Virus record (IMG/VR): IMGVR_UViG_3300009149_000032 | Location: 292 to 64,291 of that record | Origin: a virus | Taxonomy: Duplodnaviria; Caudoviricetes | Strand: one strand, 5' to 3' | DNA: 64,000 nucleotides | Part shown: one piece after another, positions 19,211 through 27,290 of the stretch | Layout of the letters: each line of letters starts with the position of its first letter | Numbering within the stretch: position 1 is the first letter of the stretch | The notes under the pieces: generated by a model | Seen by the model: only the letters and a program-made list of their open reading frames with translations | Told to the model about the DNA's origin: nothing | Databases searched by the model: none | Program-made: the position numbers and the translations under genes

Positions 19211-21025
19211 TTGATCACTTTCTTAAACATCGAGATACGCAACTTCATGAGCATCGGAAATGAGTGGTTGCACTTTGATTACAAGACCGGTCTTTCTTAT
19301 GTGTATGGTGAGAACTATGATGTAACTGAAGAAGAAAACCTTTCTGTTATATCTAACGGTTCTGGTAAGACTGTAGTTCTGGTTGACGCTCCTCTGTTTG
19401 CTCTTTACGGTAGGACACAACGCAGGATCAAAAAGGCAGAGGCAATAAACATTCAGAATGGTTGTGACTGTGAGGTTCGTCTGAGTTTCAAAAAGGACGA
19501 TGACGTTTATATTATTGAACGTGGTATGAAACCTGATAAGATTATTATCATTAAGAATGGTGTCGCTGAGAGTGAGGAAGCAAAGAAGCGTCAGGCGAAC
19601 AAAGTTATTGAGGAAGAGATTCTTGATGGGATATCTTTTGAAGTCTTCAAGAATCTTATTGTGCTTAATGGAACTTCTAGTAAGCATTTCTTTGAGTATG
19701 GTAAGAATGAGAAGAGAACATTTATTAATGAAGTCTTCCGTCTTGGATTTCTCGATTACCTTCAGGTACAACTCACTGAGTCTGTCAAGTCTAAGAGATT
19801 AGAGTTGGACAAGTTCGAGATCCAGAAGGTTGCCAAGGAAGAAGAGATAGAGCGTTTGAAGTCTCTGGTTGAGGCAGCAGAGAGCGGAGAGGTAGTAGAC
19901 ACTTCTGGTGATCTGAATCATAAGATACTTCAAGAAGAAACCAAGATAGAAGCAGCACAGACAATCCTTAACGGAATTGAGTCGGAGGTATTTGGTGGAA
20001 CCAAAGAGGAACACACTAGAAAACATGAGTTTGCAGTTGCTAAGATCAATGAAACCAATGAAGAAATCATTCGCCTTGACGCTTCTATTGATTCTCTCCG
20101 CAAAGAATATCAGAGATTGAAGACTGATTACGAATACATTTCAACTCAAAGTAACTGTCCACAATGCACTCAACCAATTTCTCAGGAACTTCGCACCGGT
20201 CTTAACAAGCGTCTTGCTGATGAAGGTTTAGATGTACAAGTCTCCGCAACCAAAGTCAAGGAAGAAAAAGCGACTCTTGAAGATAAGATTCAAAAGATGC
20301 GTGATTGGATGAACCTTGCCAACGCTTCTATGAATACTTATCAGACTAATGCAAACATAGTCACTCACTCCACCTCTCTCCTAACAGAGTATAAGAATCA
20401 ACTAAATGCAAAGCCTGAGGGTGGTGTAAGTATCGAAGCAATCAATGAGGAGATTAAAACACTTGATCAGAACTTCCAAGATTTTAATGTAGAGTTAGAA
20501 GAAGTGAAGCGTGATTATCAAATCCATAAAGTCTGCCGGGATCTAGTCGGCGGTAAGAACTTCTATGGTTTCTATATCAGCATCTTCCGCAACTACCTTA
20601 ACAAGGCGATCAATGAGTACCTTGAGAAGATGGTCAGTCCTCACAGGATTAAGTTTAACAATGATCTTGAGGCAGATGTATATGACGGTAATCTTAAAGC
20701 ACACTCTTATGACAATCTATCAACAGGAGAAAAGGCAAAGATCAATCTTGCACTTCTGCTTTCATTCTTTGACGTACTCCATGCATTTCATAGAATGGAA
20801 ACTTCTCTGTTGGTACTGGATGAGATTCTGGATTCAGGTTTGGATTCACCAAGTATCGTTTTGCTTCACGAGATTCTTAAAGAGAAAGCAAAAGCAAATC
20901 CTCATCTTGGTATCTACGTAGTATCTCACAAAGATTCAAAGGGTGTGTGGTCAGCGCAAGAAGAATGTTCAAAGGTTGTCTTCTGTAAGAAGATGGGATT
21001 CACAACCGTAAAGGAGGATGAGTGA
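19211..21025 (+). CDS. gp46-like recombination ATPase (Rad50/SbcC)
   Basis: NFMSIGN, NGSGKT, coiled coil with CPQC hook, LSTGEK, LLVLDEILD, VVSH. Confidence 0.92.
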   Translation: MITFLNIEIRNFMSIGNEWLHFDYKTGLSYVYGENYDVTEEENLSVISNGSGKTVVLVDAPLFALYGRTQRRIKKAEAINIQNGCDCEVRLSFKKDDDVYIIERGMKPDKIIIIKNGVAESEEAKKRQANKVIEEEILDGISFEVFKNLIVLNGTSSKHFFEYGKNEKRTFINEVFRLGFLDYLQVQLTESVKSKRLELDKFEIQKVAKEEEIERLKSLVEAAESGEVVDTSGDLNHKILQEETKIEAAQTILNGIESEVFGGTKEEHTRKHEFAVAKINETNEEIIRLDASIDSLRKEYQRLKTDYEYISTQSNCPQCTQPISQELRTGLNKRLADEGLDVQVSATKVKEEKATLEDKIQKMRDWMNLANASMNTYQTNANIVTHSTSLLTEYKNQLNAKPEGGVSIEAINEEIKTLDQNFQDFNVELEEVKRDYQIHKVCRDLVGGKNFYGFYISIFRNYLNKAINEYLEKMVSPHRIKFNNDLEADVYDGNLKAHSYDNLSTGEKAKINLALLLSFFDVLHAFHRMETSLLVLDEILDSGLDSPSIVLLHEILKEKAKANPHLGIYVVSHKDSKGVWSAQEECSKVVFCKKMGFTTVKEDE

Positions 21026-21207
21026 TGTTAGATATTGTAGAGCGTATGCAGATATTAGTGGATACAACGTTTGAAGATTATCCTCTATCGTCTATTGAAT
21101 TCGAATATAAAGAAGCAATAAAAGAAATGACAAGATTAAGAGCATTAGTTGAATCTCTGAAACAAGAAAGAGATTACTGGGAAGGCATAGCACAGAGAGG
21201 AACATAA
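21022..21207 (+). CDS. Hypothetical protein
   Basis: Short coiled-coil ORF with GGAGG RBS. Confidence 0.5.
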   Translation: MMLDIVERMQILVDTTFEDYPLSSIEFEYKEAIKEMTRLRALVESLKQERDYWEGIAQRGT

Positions 21208-21431
21208 TGAAAGTTACATTTGAATGTGAAGTAGATTTGAAGGGTGATGAAAGAATCTCTGCAATCGAATTGAGAGTAAAACGTTTCGACGAAAATGCTG
21301 ATGTATTCGATGAACATTTTGAACAGGAATTGTATTTTGTATTTCCTAGACCGACTAAAGTTAGAGAGGGTAAGCATTTACGTATTAATAGAGGCTATTG
21401 TGAGGTTGTAGAAGTTGGAGAAACCACTTGA
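21207..21431 (+). CDS. Hypothetical protein
   Basis: TAATG coupling to the previous gene; GAGG RBS. Confidence 0.5.
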   Translation: MKVTFECEVDLKGDERISAIELRVKRFDENADVFDEHFEQELYFVFPRPTKVREGKHLRINRGYCEVVEVGETT

Positions 21432-21456
21432 CATAAGGGGCGTTTTCTGGTACAAT
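21428..21456 (+). promoter_or_regulatory. Sigma70-type promoter
   Basis: TTGACA-N17-TACAAT with TG, then AAAGGAG RBS. Confidence 0.8.
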
Positions 21457-21472
21457 TATTAACAAAGGAGAA

Positions 21473-21727
21473 ATGATGCCGTATATTAAGCAAGAACGTA
21501 GAGATGAAGTAGATCCAATTGTGGAAGTTATGGTTGCTGCCCAAGTTCAAGCAGACGGAGATTTGAATTATATCCTTTATAAGTTCTGTAAAGAGAACGT
21601 CAAACCTTCATATAACAACTATAAAAATTTCTGTGGTGAACTGAGACAGTGTGCTACAGAAATTGAACGCAGAATCCTCGCAAAGTATGAGGATGAAAAG
21701 ATTGAAGAGAACGGAGATGTAATATGA
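21473..21727 (+). CDS. Small conserved helical phage protein (DUF6899-like)
   Basis: MPYIKQERR...GDLNY...SY--Y----GEL-----E--RR----YED-KI-ENGDV pattern. Confidence 0.65.
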   Translation: MMPYIKQERRDEVDPIVEVMVAAQVQADGDLNYILYKFCKENVKPSYNNYKNFCGELRQCATEIERRILAKYEDEKIEENGDVI

Positions 21728-22332
21728 ATGAGAAAGAACCAGTATCAATTTTGAATTGCCTTTACAAGACATATCTTATCGGCAGCATGGAAGCACCGGG
21801 AAAAGACGATGCAGGAGTGGGTTGGAGACAGATACTAACTCCTCTCATTAATCAGAGAGGGATCTACGCTTTCGATCCGACTAGAGAAGAAGCACAGAAG
21901 GTTGGTTGTTCTGCAAAGGAAATTGGTGAGAAGTTAACTGGTTGGCAACTTGGAGGTCACTGGGACCAATTCATGACCACTATGTCTGCAATCTGGAGAG
22001 GTGTAACCAAGATTGAGGAAGACGAAGAAACAAAAGAACCTCGTACTATTCATATCATGGGAGACATTGACTACGTAGAGAATTCTGATTTCCTGATCTG
22101 GCATTTTGATGAGCAGGATAAACTCGGTGGAACAATCGCTGAACTCGTTATGGCATGGATGAAGGGTATACCTTGCTATCTCGTTACAGCAGCACCGAAG
22201 TCAAAGATCAATAAGAGTGTTCTGTATTTCCTTTTGGACTCAGGACATGGTAGAGGAAGAATCTTCAAGAATGATGGGGAACTTCTTTCATTCCTTGACG
22301 GTGAATACAAACTTATAAAAGTAAACGACTAG
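21724..22332 (+). CDS. Nucleoside 2-deoxyribosyltransferase-like / nucleotide N-glycosidase-like protein
   Basis: YLIGSME...GWR...FDP...DI--V--SD...GGTIAE. Confidence 0.7.
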   Translation: MNEKEPVSILNCLYKTYLIGSMEAPGKDDAGVGWRQILTPLINQRGIYAFDPTREEAQKVGCSAKEIGEKLTGWQLGGHWDQFMTTMSAIWRGVTKIEEDEETKEPRTIHIMGDIDYVENSDFLIWHFDEQDKLGGTIAELVMAWMKGIPCYLVTAAPKSKINKSVLYFLLDSGHGRGRIFKNDGELLSFLDGEYKLIKVND

Positions 22333-22357
22333 GGTGGGTGTTAGGGAGATGCACCCG

Positions 22358-22390
22358 GACTCCCCTGAAATATTGGGGAGTCTTTTATTT
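22358..22390 (+). terminator. Rho-independent terminator
   Basis: GACTCCCC-N9-GGGGAGTC followed by TTTTATTT. Confidence 0.75.
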
Positions 22391-22401
22391 GGAGGGTAAA
22401 C

Positions 22402-22752
22402 ATGTTAGTGGAGTTAGATGTGAAAGAACTTAAACTTAGTGACTTGAAAGCGGGAGATTGGTTTGTACCTTTTGGTATCAATGTTCATTTCAATCGTAAA
22501 GCATCTGTATGGATGGTTGTAGATATTCCTACAACTCTTTTTATTGGTAATCAAGTTGCTCGTGGAATGCGTTGTATCGTTAAGGTTGCTCACGTATATA
22601 TCCCTGAGAAAGACGAACATAATCATACAGGGAAGAGTGAAATTAAATCTGTTGTACCTATCGGAACTATTGATGAAATGAATTCTGACACTTCCGTCCT
22701 TCCACTTGACCACGAGAAAGATGTTTTGAAACTTAAGGAAAAGATCCTTTGA
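22402..22752 (+). CDS. Hypothetical protein
   Basis: GGAGG RBS; 116 aa. Confidence 0.55.
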   Translation: MLVELDVKELKLSDLKAGDWFVPFGINVHFNRKASVWMVVDIPTTLFIGNQVARGMRCIVKVAHVYIPEKDEHNHTGKSEIKSVVPIGTIDEMNSDTSVLPLDHEKDVLKLKEKIL

Positions 22753-24326
22753 TAACAATTACTAGAGTTAATGCACAGAAGTATTCCGTATCTGCTGAGA
22801 GAGGCAACCGAGCAGAACGTGATGAAGCATTGAAGCAACTTGTATGGAAGCACTCACATTATGTTGAAGGTTATCAATTCACTCCGAAGTTCAAATCCGG
22901 GGCATGGAATGGGAAGATTAATACATACTCTCCTGCAAATATTAGAGCAGGGTACTTAGAAGAGACTATTGATCATCTAGAAGCAAACAATATTCCGTGG
23001 CAGTGGAAAGAGAAACCTAAAGACCTTCCGTTCCTGAACCCTGATCAAGATGATTTTACTTATGAAGAGTTTCATAAATTCTGCGCCAAGTTAATTGGTG
23101 CTTGCAAAGAGAAGTTCGATAAGAAATATGATATCGATTTAGCAGTAAGAGACTATCAGATCGAAACTGCCTATAAGATATTAACCCGAAGGTTAGGGGT
23201 TGCACTTCACGCTACCTCTGCAGGTAAGAGTCTGACTATTGCTTTTGTATTGGGGTTCCTGTTCTATAAGAATCTGATTTCCAAAGCAGTCATTATAGTT
23301 CCGCTGCAAAGTTTGATTACTCAGTTCGTTGGAGATCTCCTCGACTTTGGTTTCAAGCCAGATTTCATTGGCAAGTTGTACGGTAAGGAGAAACAGACTA
23401 ACAGACCTATAACAATTGCTATGACCAACTCGACCCACAACCTTATAGATACCGCAGATGGTAAGAGATTCTTTGCGGATACTGACTTGGTGATATGTGA
23501 CGAAGTTCATAGAGCAGCATCAAAGACTGTAGAGAAATCCATCCTGCAGTTCGGAAACGCAAAATACTTTTTCGGTTGCACTGGCACACTGCCCGAAGAT
23601 GATTTGAGTCAGGACACTATCTTCTCCCTCTTTGGATACGTTGTAGATGAGAAGAAGTTGAAACAACTGAGGGAAGAGTACGCAGCAGTCTCCTCGGTCA
23701 AGGTTGGAATCTTAGACTTCAATTATGCAAAAGGATTTCTTAGCAGAATGAAGCGCAAGTCTTCAGCAATGGATTGGCATGAAGAGGTAGAGTTCCTACA
23801 GAAAGATGATGAGTTCCGCAATCCTTACATTACTAATATGATTGTTAACAACTTCCAGAGTGGTAGGAACATCGTAGCACTGGTTAAGAACATCGAGTAT
23901 GGTAGCAAGATGTATCATATGATTAAGGAGAAAGCAGAAGCAGAAGATGTATTCAGTATCTTCGGTAGTGGTGACGAGAAGAAAGCACTAGAGGAGAGAG
24001 ATGAGATAATCGAATACTGTAGAAGTTCAAAGAAACCTTATATCATTGTAACCAACTTCCAGATATTTCATGTAGGTATAAATGTACCTAACCTCAACAT
24101 GGTAGCGATGATAGACGCAGGTAAGAGTAAGATTACGGTAGCGCAGACCATCGGTAGAGGTGTAAGAAAGACTAGGAATAAATCTGATGTATACATACTC
24201 GATTGCTCCTGTAATTTAAAATATGGAGCAAGGCACGGAAAGAAAAGGAAGAAACTTTATATAGACGAAGGGTTTACAGTAATGGAGAAAAAAGTCGAAG
24301 AAAAAGAGTTAAAGGTTAAGATATAA
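22749..24326 (+). CDS. uvsW: UvsW-like SF2 helicase
   Basis: GY-F-PKFK-G-W-GKI, RDYQ, ATSAGKS, DEVH, GCTGT, GINVPNL, QTIGRG-R. Confidence 0.92.
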   Translation: MITITRVNAQKYSVSAERGNRAERDEALKQLVWKHSHYVEGYQFTPKFKSGAWNGKINTYSPANIRAGYLEETIDHLEANNIPWQWKEKPKDLPFLNPDQDDFTYEEFHKFCAKLIGACKEKFDKKYDIDLAVRDYQIETAYKILTRRLGVALHATSAGKSLTIAFVLGFLFYKNLISKAVIIVPLQSLITQFVGDLLDFGFKPDFIGKLYGKEKQTNRPITIAMTNSTHNLIDTADGKRFFADTDLVICDEVHRAASKTVEKSILQFGNAKYFFGCTGTLPEDDLSQDTIFSLFGYVVDEKKLKQLREEYAAVSSVKVGILDFNYAKGFLSRMKRKSSAMDWHEEVEFLQKDDEFRNPYITNMIVNNFQSGRNIVALVKNIEYGSKMYHMIKEKAEAEDVFSIFGSGDEKKALEERDEIIEYCRSSKKPYIIVTNFQIFHVGINVPNLNMVAMIDAGKSKITVAQTIGRGVRKTRNKSDVYILDCSCNLKYGARHGKKRKKLYIDEGFTVMEKKVEEKELKVKI

Positions 24327-24363
24327 GAAATACAAGGAACCTAAATAGACAAGGAGAGGAAGA

Positions 24364-24453
24364 ATGCATTCCGTAGCAGTTTCATTAGTATTTGTGAACA
24401 TAATCGAAATGTATAACGAGTGTTGTTTTATTCTGTGGCTTTGTCTGTATTAG
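24364..24453 (+). CDS. Candidate 29-aa hydrophobic peptide (MHSVAVSLVFVNIIEMYNECCFILWLCLY)
   Basis: AAGGAGAGG RBS, with a CTAAATA late-promoter-like motif at 24341; too short for the ORF track. Confidence 0.35.
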   Translation: MHSVAVSLVFVNIIEMYNECCFILWLCLY

Positions 24454-24456
24454 GTC

Positions 24457-24484
24457 TTGACAAGTCACAGTTTTGCATTATAAT
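24457..24484 (+). promoter_or_regulatory. Sigma70-type promoter for the primase
   Basis: TTGACA-N16-TATAAT. Confidence 0.7.
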
Positions 24485-24495
24485 AGGGATATACA

Positions 24496-25635
24496 ATGAG
24501 TAACAAAAGGAAAAAGAGAATGAAAGAACTTACTTTCGAAGAGTACGTAGAGATATTTTATAACGTCTCAGAACGCACAGAGAAGGTCGACAAGCACACT
24601 TATCGTGGTAGGTGTCCTGAATGTGGCGATTCAAAAAAGGTCAAGTCTAAGAAGCGTTTTTATATTATGAGAGAGCGTGGTAGAAAACCTTGTATGATTT
24701 ACTGTCATAACTGTGGACTTGCTAAGACTGCTCTGTACTTCTTTGAGAATAAATGCCCAGAGGAACTTGCCAAAAGAAGTAAGGGTTTAACTGAACGTGA
24801 TATGAATGATATCAAACGTCTCTCTGAAACCAATGAGACTTCCCCGGACATATTTTATAATTCGATTGAGATTGAAGAGGTCACTCCTGAATCGTATGTG
24901 AATATCCTAGAGACAGAGGTTGGGAAAGCAAAAATCCAAGTTGGTAAGTTCTTTTCCACTTGTACATACCCTGTAACAGAAAATCCAGAAGCACACGCAT
25001 ATCTTTCAAACAGGAACATACCAGAAGAATGTATCAAAGAAATGGTCTTGCTTCACCCGGACTTTCATGATTCAAAGAAGTTTAGGTTTGCATACTTCCG
25101 AGATTACATTATAGTTCCATTCTACGATAAGGTAGATAATGTTCCATATTATTTTCATTCGAGAAGATATAAAAATTTGAATACGAGATTCGCTAGATTC
25201 CTCTCTTGTCCTTACCGTCCTGATGATGTGGAGGTGGATTTCTTCTTGAACGAAATGAGAGTTGATAAGAATCATCCGGTGCTGATTGCTGAAGGAACCT
25301 TCGACTCACTCAATCTCACAAACAGTATTGCAGTTAACGGAGTCAAGAAGATAACTGATGAACAGATTAGTAGATTCGAATATCGCTTCGGTGGTTCTGA
25401 TAACATTATCTACGCTTTGGATAATGAGAATCTGGACTTCGATGCTAATAAGAAAGCAAGAGAACTTCTTAAGAAGGGAAAGAGAGTATTCCTTTGGTCC
25501 CTGATGGAAAAGGATCTACCGGCAGCAGCAGAAATCAAAGACTTCAATACTCTATGTGTCACTGCTAAGAAGTTAATAGTTCCTACAACAGCAATAGAAA
25601 AGTATTCATCTACCAACCCCGCAATACTTTTATAG
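24496..25635 (+). CDS. gp61-like DNA primase
   Basis: Zinc finger RCPECGDS...CHNCG; TOPRIM EG-FDS and ALDNE; KDFN. Confidence 0.9.
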   Translation: MSNKRKKRMKELTFEEYVEIFYNVSERTEKVDKHTYRGRCPECGDSKKVKSKKRFYIMRERGRKPCMIYCHNCGLAKTALYFFENKCPEELAKRSKGLTERDMNDIKRLSETNETSPDIFYNSIEIEEVTPESYVNILETEVGKAKIQVGKFFSTCTYPVTENPEAHAYLSNRNIPEECIKEMVLLHPDFHDSKKFRFAYFRDYIIVPFYDKVDNVPYYFHSRRYKNLNTRFARFLSCPYRPDDVEVDFFLNEMRVDKNHPVLIAEGTFDSLNLTNSIAVNGVKKITDEQISRFEYRFGGSDNIIYALDNENLDFDANKKARELLKKGKRVFLWSLMEKDLPAAAEIKDFNTLCVTAKKLIVPTTAIEKYSSTNPAILL

Positions 25636-25643
25636 GAGTATCA

Positions 25644-26210
25644 ATGTCAGCAACAGCATTTTATGCCGAGGTAGGTAATCATATGAATCGTAACTTAGAC
25701 CTTGACATTTTAGCAAAGGAACAAAGAATGACGAAAGATAAAGAAGATACTGAGAAGAAAGTAAAACTTCTCGTTGCGCTTGCTGAGAGAATGGAAAAGG
25801 TAAAGATAAAGGTACAGAATCTTTCTCAGTCTGATCTCTCCAAGGTTGACAAGAACAATCTCCATACTGAAATGGAAACCGCCATGCTAACACATTCGAA
25901 AATTATAGACGATGTGTACCAGATGAAAGTTGCCATTGGAGATATGAAAGCAATAAGAAACAGTCTGACTCAGATGCTTCATCATAAACTTAAGTTCAGG
26001 AATCAATTGAATCTGAAGTCTGCGAAAGAGATTCAGACCTATATGGATGCAGACGCTACATTCAATCAAGTAAATATACAAATTAAAAAGTTGGAGGCAC
26101 TCATTGAAAAAAGTCAGGAATTCTCATCGCTACTCAGATCAAAGATCGGGTTCATTAGGGATCTCACCAAACTTAAGACTCAGGAACTCTTCGGAGAGCA
26201 GAGTGGGTAA
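25644..26210 (+). CDS. UvsY-like recombination mediator
   Basis: Helical protein ending EIQTYMDAD...L-S---FIRD-------LFG, similar to the UvsY C-terminus. Confidence 0.55.
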   Translation: MSATAFYAEVGNHMNRNLDLDILAKEQRMTKDKEDTEKKVKLLVALAERMEKVKIKVQNLSQSDLSKVDKNNLHTEMETAMLTHSKIIDDVYQMKVAIGDMKAIRNSLTQMLHHKLKFRNQLNLKSAKEIQTYMDADATFNQVNIQIKKLEALIEKSQEFSSLLRSKIGFIRDLTKLKTQELFGEQSG

Positions 26211-27129
26211 TGACATTCCAATCCTTGAGTTTTCCAAAACCCCTTCTGAAGATCCTCTCTGGACGACTTTCATGGGTCATCTGGTGCATCCTGATTATTC
26301 TCATCCCGTTTTCTTTAGGCATAATCTTTCTAACGTTAATCTTTTTAACATTTATGCCGGGGAGACTGTGTATCTTATTGGTCGGGGACCGTCTCTTGGT
26401 AGGTTCGTAGAGAATGCAAAGATCAATAAGATGTTGCAGCACCCAGTTATTACAACCTATGGTATGAATTCCTCGCCAGAAGTTCTCAATAACAATGTGA
26501 ATCTCTGGTCAGCGGTTGATAACGTAACGAAATTCCCCAGACAGATTGCTAAGAACCCTAACATAACAAAATTCATTCCGATGAATCGCTTCACAACTTT
26601 CGATTTCAATTCCCGAACCCAAGACAATAAGAAAATCCTAGCATACAAAGATGGTGAAGAGATGAAGTACAATTGTCTCTGTCCTAATATGTTTGGTGTA
26701 CAGACGTACCTCCTATCAAAAGATAGTGTTAGGAGTGTAACGTTTGGAAATGCATTCCTGAATTGCCCCGCAGTTCTATACGGAATGTTCAAAGGGCATA
26801 AGTGTGTGTTGCTTTATGCTATTAAGATTTGTCTACTCCTTGGATTCAAAAAGATTGTACTGATTGGAGTGGACTTTAGTATGGACCCCAAAGAACCATA
26901 CTACAAACAGACAGCAGCAGACCACAACTCTTTTCACGTTCAACATAACAATAGACTCTACGATGCTCTTGCTCCTATGATGCAGGAGATTGTAAGCACA
27001 CTTCATAAAAATAAGTCACAGTACAGATGTAAGATTTCAACAGCAGAGAAGATACCTCTGCTACCATTTATACCAAAGGTAGATTTGGCAGCACAACTTG
27101 CTGCTGATATTGCAAGGAAGACTAAGTAG
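26203..27129 (+). CDS. Maf/DUF115 (MptE-like, sialyltransferase-like fold) protein
   Basis: YLIGRGPSL, GMN, WSAVDN, AI-I--LLGFKKIVLIGVDF; GTG start at 26203 after GGAG. Confidence 0.65.
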   Translation: MGNDIPILEFSKTPSEDPLWTTFMGHLVHPDYSHPVFFRHNLSNVNLFNIYAGETVYLIGRGPSLGRFVENAKINKMLQHPVITTYGMNSSPEVLNNNVNLWSAVDNVTKFPRQIAKNPNITKFIPMNRFTTFDFNSRTQDNKKILAYKDGEEMKYNCLCPNMFGVQTYLLSKDSVRSVTFGNAFLNCPAVLYGMFKGHKCVLLYAIKICLLLGFKKIVLIGVDFSMDPKEPYYKQTAADHNSFHVQHNNRLYDALAPMMQEIVSTLHKNKSQYRCKISTAEKIPLLPFIPKVDLAAQLAADIARKTK

Positions 27130-27137
27130 GAGAAATT

Positions 27138-27290
27138 ATGTGTGAAGAACAAAAAGAAAAGGAAGAGAATGAGAAGTGTAAGAAAGCAAAAGAAGACAAA
27201 AGAAAACTAGAACCTTACGTTGAGGATGATGGATTTTTCAACCTCACCGACTTCCAGAAGAAAGCCAACGAAGATAAAAAGGACGATTAA
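27138..27290 (+). CDS. Small charged hypothetical protein (50 aa)
   Basis: AGGAG RBS; TAATG coupling to nrdJ; not in the ORF track. Confidence 0.55.
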   Translation: MCEEQKEKEENEKCKKAKEDKRKLEPYVEDDGFFNLTDFQKKANEDKKDD

